IMG/VR virus record: IMGVR_UViG_3300031884_000002
Coordinates: 248,001 to 312,000 of that record
DNA length: 64,000 nucleotides
Direction: 5' to 3' (one strand)
A program made the position numbers and the translations under genes. The notes beneath the pieces are model-generated. The model did not search any database. It was not told the DNA's origin and saw only the letters and a program-made list of their open reading frames with translations. Of the stretch, positions 58,265 through 64,000 are shown piece after piece; position 1 is the stretch's first letter, and every line of letters starts with the position of its first letter.

Positions 58265-59211
58265 AATTTACTTAATTTATACAAAAGTCCTTGTTCCCAG
58301 TTATATGATACAGAGTTTCTAATCAATTCACTTACTTTTTGAAATCCTATTTGAGATGGGTCTTTCCCATTCAATCTTACCCAATGAACGTTTATTCCAT
58401 ATCTTATTAATTTTTCACAATTTTTAACGGCATCATCCATAGCATCATTATCCAAAATTATATTAACTCTTTTAACTCCTTTGAATATAAGTTTTTCTTG
58501 TAATTTTTTTGATGGATATTTACCAAATAATGGTATTGCGTTTTTCCGGACGGCAAATGCATCAAATACTCCTTCTACCAGATTAACATCTTCATTGAAG
58601 TTTATCATATTTTCAAATCCAATAATATTCATATCTCGATTTGGTTTTCGATATCTATAAACATCATTGTCATAATATTGACGACCTATAAAAAAATTTA
58701 ACTCATTATTAGAATCGTATGATGGAATTATAATATGATTCTGATATTCACCATCTTCACAATAACCTAAATTATAACGTATAATATCATCTATTAATAC
58801 GTTTCTTTTTTTGAGATATTTAATAGCATTTTTATATTCTTGTGTGTTGGTTGGACGTGACAATGAAATAAATCCAGATGGAAGAGACAATTTTTCTTCT
58901 ATTTTTTCAATGATTCCGGATTTTCTATAAGTTCTTATTTCTCCCGATAACTTGAATAATTTTTCTCTTAGATAAGATGGAGAATTTAATTTTCTAAGCA
59001 ACGACCCTAATGATTTACTTGGAACATTACATCTCCAACAATTACTATACCCAATATGCTCTCCTTCAATACAAACTTCGAACTTTTTAGACCCATCATT
59101 ACGTTTACAAAACGGACAATTAAACAATAATTGAGTATCGGCTCTTCTGAGCCTTCCGGTCTGTTTAAACGCCTCGTTTAATATTGAAATTATGTCGGAC
59201 TTGATTAGCAT
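58261..59211 (-). CDS. DNA primase (Zn-finger + TOPRIM)
   Basis: CPFC..CWRC; YLKKR; IIIPSY; FFIGR; LVEGVFDA; LDND; KDP. Confidence 0.9.
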   Translation of the reverse strand: MLIKSDIISILNEAFKQTGRLRRADTQLLFNCPFCKRNDGSKKFEVCIEGEHIGYSNCWRCNVPSKSLGSLLRKLNSPSYLREKLFKLSGEIRTYRKSGIIEKIEEKLSLPSGFISLSRPTNTQEYKNAIKYLKKRNVLIDDIIRYNLGYCEDGEYQNHIIIPSYDSNNELNFFIGRQYYDNDVYRYRKPNRDMNIIGFENMINFNEDVNLVEGVFDAFAVRKNAIPLFGKYPSKKLQEKLIFKGVKRVNIILDNDAMDDAVKNCEKLIRYGINVHWVRLNGKDPSQIGFQKVSELIRNSVSYNWEQGLLYKLSKL

Positions 59212-59213
59212 CC

Positions 59214-59393
59214 TTACTTGGAAGCTTTTTTAATCATTTCAACTGCCCATTTAGTTGGTGATTTTTCCATTTTTTTAAATGGAGAATTGGGCAAATCTTT
59301 AATTCTGAATTTGGGATGCATATACATAGAACTCACGGTAAGCCCATTTTCCAACGTAATCTCAATTTTAATATTTTTCACTTTAGTATTCAT
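59214..59393 (-). CDS. small hypothetical protein
   Basis: ORF 59214..59402; ATG 59393 fits the upstream promoter. Confidence 0.45.
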   Translation of the reverse strand: MNTKVKNIKIEITLENGLTVSSMYMHPKFRIKDLPNSPFKKMEKSPTKWAVEMIKKASK

Positions 59394-59402
59394 ACTTTTC
59401 AT

Positions 59403-59431
59403 AGAATACCAGAAATCAAGTCACTTCTCAA
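59403..59431 (-). promoter_or_regulatory. sigma70-type promoter for primase/SbcCD operon
   Basis: TTGAGA-17 nt-TATTCT with extended TG. Confidence 0.5.
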
Positions 59432-59437
59432 CTTTTT

Positions 59438-59836
59438 TTATTTGGCTCTATTAACTAATCTACATCCCACATATTTATTATAGTATTCTTTATCAAAAAT
59501 AGCATTACTATCTATAATATGTTTTACCTCGGCATAATTCAATGTTAATTTTGAATCGCACCATTGTATAATTTCAAACTTAAAATTATCTTTTCCTAAT
59601 TTAGATATATCTTCCTGTAACGAAACACACGAACCACAATAGGTTTTCCAATCACTTTCCGTTGTTCCTCTTCTTTTATTTTTATTTCCTTTTAATGCCT
59701 TTTTACAGGTTTTAAATATAATAAGTTTTCTACCTATATATTTTTTGTTATTGGATTTATTAGTTATTAAATATATAAATCCAATACTACCATCTGGAAT
59801 ATTTCCTTCAAATTGCCAATGTCCATTATCATTCAT
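59438..59836 (-). CDS. GIY-YIG-type nuclease
   Basis: GFIYLITN..KKYIGRK, ESDWKTYCGS, F.FEI, YYN. Confidence 0.75.
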   Translation of the reverse strand: MNDNGHWQFEGNIPDGSIGFIYLITNKSNNKKYIGRKLIIFKTCKKALKGNKNKRRGTTESDWKTYCGSCVSLQEDISKLGKDNFKFEIIQWCDSKLTLNYAEVKHIIDSNAIFDKEYYNKYVGCRLVNRAK

Positions 59837-59858
59837 AGTATATAAATAGCAAACCCTC

Positions 59859-60095
59859 TCAATTAGATGAGAGGGCTGCTAAATATAACTCTTTAGGATT
59901 GTTTATTTGATTTTTTTTAAACGAACAGCCTCCAGTATATGGGAATGTTATATATTCAGATGTAAATACATCTTTCATATTTAAGTTTTTTAATCCACGA
60001 TAATAGTCGGGCCAAGTATTATCAATCAAATATTCACTATTTTCATATTTAACTGCTTGTTCTTCTAACCAAGTATTCAATGTTTCAATATCCAT
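59859..60095 (-). CDS. hypothetical protein
   Basis: ORF 59859..60134; in-frame ATG 60095 avoids overlap with upstream gene. Confidence 0.5.
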   Translation of the reverse strand: MDIETLNTWLEEQAVKYENSEYLIDNTWPDYYRGLKNLNMKDVFTSEYITFPYTGGCSFKKNQINNPKELYLAALSSN

Positions 60096-60099
60096 ATAT

Positions 60100-60786
60100 T
60101 TAGAATGTTGATAATGCTGATAATGAACTTCCACTTATGGAACCAACTGCCCACGAAGAATTGGATACATCAAGTTGATGAGATGGATTTTTAATTCCCA
60201 CTCCAATATTTACATTGGAATAACTTGAAATTCCCCCCCAACTTGAGGTTCCCCAAGTTGAACCTGTTATTGCAAAAGATGCATTTGAATGTGAAGAATA
60301 TGATGAACTTAAGGCATATGAATTTGCATATCCCGTATTAGAATTAAGAAATGATTCTCTCCATTCCCATTTATTACGAACATATTGGTCGAACTCTTTA
60401 GTATCCAATTCAATTTCTTTATCAACGGATAATTCCAATCTACGAATGGTTCCGATATAATCATCACCGTGATCTTCGGGATACTTATTAGACATATACA
60501 AATATCCCCTCTTCTCTCTTTTTTCAACTAATTCCAATTCTTTTTTAACTTGTCCTTTGACTGCTGCTTTATTTTCCCTCAACTGTTTTCTCATCTTCTT
60601 AATTGTTGCTTTATGATTTTTTTCTAATTCTGATAATTTATCCTTTTCATATTTCTTAAGAAAATTAGAAGCATCATTCCAATAGCCTTCGATAGCATCA
60701 TTGAGTATTTTATCGTGCTTTTGTTTGTTCTCCTTCACTATTTGAAGGACTTCTGGTGTTTTTACTTTGATTTGATACAGTGACAT
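60100..60786 (-). CDS. hypothetical protein with a tail-fibre-like Ser-rich C-terminus
   Basis: 228 aa; helical N-domain (PEDH..DY..L..L..EFDQYV..W.W) plus NIGVGIKNPSHQLDV tail. Confidence 0.6.
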   Translation of the reverse strand: MSLYQIKVKTPEVLQIVKENKQKHDKILNDAIEGYWNDASNFLKKYEKDKLSELEKNHKATIKKMRKQLRENKAAVKGQVKKELELVEKREKRGYLYMSNKYPEDHGDDYIGTIRRLELSVDKEIELDTKEFDQYVRNKWEWRESFLNSNTGYANSYALSSSYSSHSNASFAITGSTWGTSSWGGISSYSNVNIGVGIKNPSHQLDVSNSSWAVGSISGSSLSALSTF

Positions 60787-60900
60787 AACTTTTTGACTTT
60801 CTTTTTATTGTTTTTACGGCAAATGTTGTCATTGCCGACATTATATACATATATGAAAAATATTAAAAAATAACAAAATAAATGAATTATTTTTATAATG

Positions 60901-60925
60901 AAAAAACTCTCCATTCGGAGAGTTT
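60901..60925 (-). terminator. rho-independent terminator
   Basis: AAACTCTCC-loop-GGAGAGTTT followed by a T-run on the - strand, after 60946..61212. Confidence 0.75.
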
Positions 60926-60945
60926 AATCGAAAATTATTTAATTA

Positions 60946-61212
60946 TTATTTATACCTAGTTGTATTTATGTTATTAGCATAGCGGGAGATTTCTTTATAA
61001 TTTCCTCCATCAGTTACTCCTTCAAAATTACTCTGTCCTAATGTTTCTTTAACTTGAAACTGTGGATTTGTATCATATAATTTTGATTGTAATGATGCCG
61101 GTGCAGTAGCAGTTCCAGCCGTTTTTGCATTAAATGCACCTCCTTCACTTTGCTGGGCATATCGAGTAGCTAGGTTAATAGTGAGGCTTGTTCTTTGTGT
61201 TTCGTTGGGCAT
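60946..61212 (-). CDS. small hypothetical (late) protein
   Basis: 88 aa; TATTTATA upstream, terminator downstream. Confidence 0.6.
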   Translation of the reverse strand: MPNETQRTSLTINLATRYAQQSEGGAFNAKTAGTATAPASLQSKLYDTNPQFQVKETLGQSNFEGVTDGGNYKEISRYANNINTTRYK

Positions 61213-61247
61213 AATGTTATATTTTTACTGTTATATATAAATATAAA

Positions 61248-63968
61248 TTAAAAGTCTATTCTCATTAAAATATTCAAAGGAACATTATTTCCATTTTTAA
61301 TTGGAACTCCCAATTTACCTATTGCCACGAGTTGAAGATTATTATCATATAATCCAACCGCTGAAATATAAGGAGCCAAATAACTTCCAGTAGGATTTTG
61401 CTCCACCTGTTGATTATAGTTAAAAAAGTTAGGATTAATCATAGGCAAATTATTTTTACCAGATAATCCATCTAAATAAGTTAATACATCGGCTAAATTT
61501 TGACGACTGGAGTTTGGGGTAGTGTATTTATTGTAATTATTTCCAAATAAACGATTACTAAAATACTTCCACAAAATATTCATATCTTTAATATCAATTA
61601 CATTATCTCCGTTAATATCGAGATCGGTTTGAATTGATGTATTTTGGAAATCCCATATAGGAATATATTGAATTACTTGTTGATTTATATATGAGGTATT
61701 CCACGTTGAAAGCGAAGTATAATAATTATATAAACTTATTTCATCATCATTTATAAGAACGGATGAACTCCAATCAGTAGAATATGATAATCCTAATGCT
61801 TGGTTGTTTTTATATTTCATATATCTCATTAAAGTGTCCAAATCTTCAAAATCAAATGTTCCATTTTGATTTAAATCAAAAATTGAAATTGGAACTTGAA
61901 TAGCCGTAGGATTTGTACTTACATTAAACTCGCTGGGGTTTATATTACATATTACTTGTTTTTCATAAATTGTATTTTGACCAGCAAAGTTTAAATTGTA
62001 GGAATAATTGGTTTGTCCGAATAATTCATCAAATATTGAACCAGAAGTCATCAATACTATATTTCCATTTCTATAAAATGAATTTCCAATATGAAATGTT
62101 TCTTTAAGATTTGGAAAATTATAAATAAATGCTTTTCCGCAAATATCATCCAATACATAATATTGGCTCTGAGTAACTTGTATATTGATTATTCGATTAG
62201 CATCTGACATTATTATAGGTGCGCCTAATACCATTGAAAAACTTCCAATTGAAACATTATTTCCGACTGAACGATACGGACTTAAATATTCTTTTTTACG
62301 TTGATAAACGTTCAATATGTCCCATGTATTATTGGTTTCTTGAATTAACAAACATTGACCACTCAATGAGTTTAATATTGACGAATCACATTCATGTAAT
62401 TGAAATATTGTATTTCCGATATAACTAGATGACAAACTTAATTGATTATTTTTAGGGCATCCTGCTATTACATTCGTATCCCATATATCAACTGAATATC
62501 CCAAATTGTTATTAGTTATAGTATTTTCATTTCCGTATGTTTTATATGCTAATTCAAAAAATGAAGATGATGCGTTACATTTGTTATAAATTGAAACCGA
62601 TCCTTGATAATATAATGAAGACCCCGAAAACTCATATACGGTTCTATCTAAATATTCTCCTATTACTACAACATCTCCAAATGTAGAAACCGAATATCCA
62701 AATCCACTTCCGCTTGTCGTGCCAGCATTCCTACTTTCACTATAAGGTAAATAGTTATTAAAAGTTAATGGATATTGTGTATAGTCTGGAGTAAATGTAT
62801 ATTCCAATTTCCATATCGATCCAGTTAATTCATAATAATATACCTGAGTGGAAGTTATGTTACCACAACCTATAACTAATCTCCCAGATGGAGTATTACT
62901 GTCTTTATTTAATTTAATACTATTTCCAAACAAACTTCCTGATTTTGTTCCATATATAGATTGATATAAGGTCCACGTATTACTTACAAATTGATATAAA
63001 TACACAGTTCCACTTCCGTTATTTTCAAGTGGAGATCCAACCGCTGCCCAAGTTCCATTTATAGCAACCGAAGTACCAAATGATCCGGTGCTTATGGTTG
63101 GATTTGGGTTTGGAAATACTGCAACTATGTTATCATACGATGAGGTCGAGTTAACAACTTCTAAATCTAGTATATATACTTTAGATCCAACTGTACTTAC
63201 TGATGTAACTCCTGAAAAATTAGTCATTTGATTATAAGAAGGACATCCTATAATTAAATTAGCATTATATAAATCTATAGATTTTCCAAACGTATTATTA
63301 TAATCATATGAACTTTGTTCGAGTCCCAGTGCTACAGTTCCGTTGGTAGAACTTAAAGTTAAATATTCGCTTCCTAGTGATCCATTTACCGATATTGTAT
63401 ATAACAAACTAGAAGTTGAATCATATATTAAAGGAGAAGTTAAAATATATGGATTGCTATTAGTTCCTATATAAGTAACGGACAATGATTCGTGTCCCAA
63501 TGTTCCAACTACATTTAAATTATAATATGCTTGCAATGCCGAATTATATAATTGAACTATTGATGCTGTAGATGATCCTGTTACATTTAAATTTATAGAT
63601 TCGGCTCCTACTGTTCCTATAATAGATATTGCATAATTTAATCCTGTAGAACTGTTATATAATGAAAATGGAGTTGCAGTATTTAGTCCATTATTAAGTT
63701 CAGTATGAATTGGAACTCTATACGTAACATCCGATCCAGTTTCTGCTGCCAATACTACTTGAATAACATCCATCGGACGATATAACGTATTGATTAAATC
63801 ATGTTGGTCTGTGCCTTTATTATATAGATAGTAATCTACTGAACTAGTGTGATATACAGTCGGATTTGCAAAACTATATAGCATAAAATCGGGATTGGAT
63901 ATAGCTACATAATTATCATATGTTGTAGTCGATATTCCGTAGTTTGAATTGTTTATTGTAGTATACAT
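61248..63968 (-). CDS. virion protein with FG-GAP repeats and EF-hand/dockerin-like motifs
   Basis: FGTSVAINGTWAAVGSP-type repeats; DLNQNGTFDFEDL and DINGDNVIDIKDM; C-terminal VGLYD..QLVAIGKL..PI baseplate-type motif. Confidence 0.7.
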   Translation of the reverse strand: MYTTINNSNYGISTTTYDNYVAISNPDFMLYSFANPTVYHTSSVDYYLYNKGTDQHDLINTLYRPMDVIQVVLAAETGSDVTYRVPIHTELNNGLNTATPFSLYNSSTGLNYAISIIGTVGAESINLNVTGSSTASIVQLYNSALQAYYNLNVVGTLGHESLSVTYIGTNSNPYILTSPLIYDSTSSLLYTISVNGSLGSEYLTLSSTNGTVALGLEQSSYDYNNTFGKSIDLYNANLIIGCPSYNQMTNFSGVTSVSTVGSKVYILDLEVVNSTSSYDNIVAVFPNPNPTISTGSFGTSVAINGTWAAVGSPLENNGSGTVYLYQFVSNTWTLYQSIYGTKSGSLFGNSIKLNKDSNTPSGRLVIGCGNITSTQVYYYELTGSIWKLEYTFTPDYTQYPLTFNNYLPYSESRNAGTTSGSGFGYSVSTFGDVVVIGEYLDRTVYEFSGSSLYYQGSVSIYNKCNASSSFFELAYKTYGNENTITNNNLGYSVDIWDTNVIAGCPKNNQLSLSSSYIGNTIFQLHECDSSILNSLSGQCLLIQETNNTWDILNVYQRKKEYLSPYRSVGNNVSIGSFSMVLGAPIIMSDANRIINIQVTQSQYYVLDDICGKAFIYNFPNLKETFHIGNSFYRNGNIVLMTSGSIFDELFGQTNYSYNLNFAGQNTIYEKQVICNINPSEFNVSTNPTAIQVPISIFDLNQNGTFDFEDLDTLMRYMKYKNNQALGLSYSTDWSSSVLINDDEISLYNYYTSLSTWNTSYINQQVIQYIPIWDFQNTSIQTDLDINGDNVIDIKDMNILWKYFSNRLFGNNYNKYTTPNSSRQNLADVLTYLDGLSGKNNLPMINPNFFNYNQQVEQNPTGSYLAPYISAVGLYDNNLQLVAIGKLGVPIKNGNNVPLNILMRIDF

Positions 63969-64000
63969 TTATATTGAAAGTCCAAAATTAGCAAATACGT

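Noticed and set aside
60817-60837. Small hairpin CGGCAA..TTGCCG upstream of 60786
   Set aside because: Short stem with a single occurrence; function not supportable
1-64000. Genome-wide stop-codon reassignment (TAG to Gln)
   Set aside because: Long genes are intact under the standard code; only one internal TAG seen
1-64000. CRISPR array, tRNAs or long ncRNA
   Set aside because: No regularly spaced repeats or cloverleafs seen; intergenic gaps are short

Overview
AT-rich segment of a large, T4-superfamily-like (probably jumbo) tailed phage genome. 1-22930 (+): an array of Ser/Thr-rich modular tail-fibre/virion proteins. 22931-53616 (mostly -): the head module, containing large terminase, a portal carrying two HNH inteins separated by only 18 aa, prohead protease, scaffold and gp23-type major capsid protein. 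The head module is interspersed with many homing endonucleases and with small genes sharing an N-terminal 'MIxLxxLLE' leader. It is interrupted (31.4-39.9 kb) by an island of sigma70-promoter-driven NAD/nucleotide genes (NADAR, NAMPT, Nudix, SLOG, GMP reductase). 53.8-64 kb: a PRTase, an Mre11-Rad50 fusion, a small membrane transporter with an in-frame TAG, primase, a GIY-YIG nuclease and an FG-GAP/EF-hand virion protein. Most notable findings: (i) a mini-gene encoding a Tat-type signal peptide fused, across a +1 slip in a T8 run, to a 42-aa copy of the capsid P-domain/spine-helix segment; (ii) a strand-polarised TATTTATA motif (the reverse complement of the T4 late promoter), often 3-4 nt before start codons; (iii) a family of putative capsid-targeted, protease-processed internal proteins including a PRTase. 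All assignments come from motif recognition by eye; no searches were run. No tRNA, rRNA, CRISPR array or reverse transcriptase was seen.
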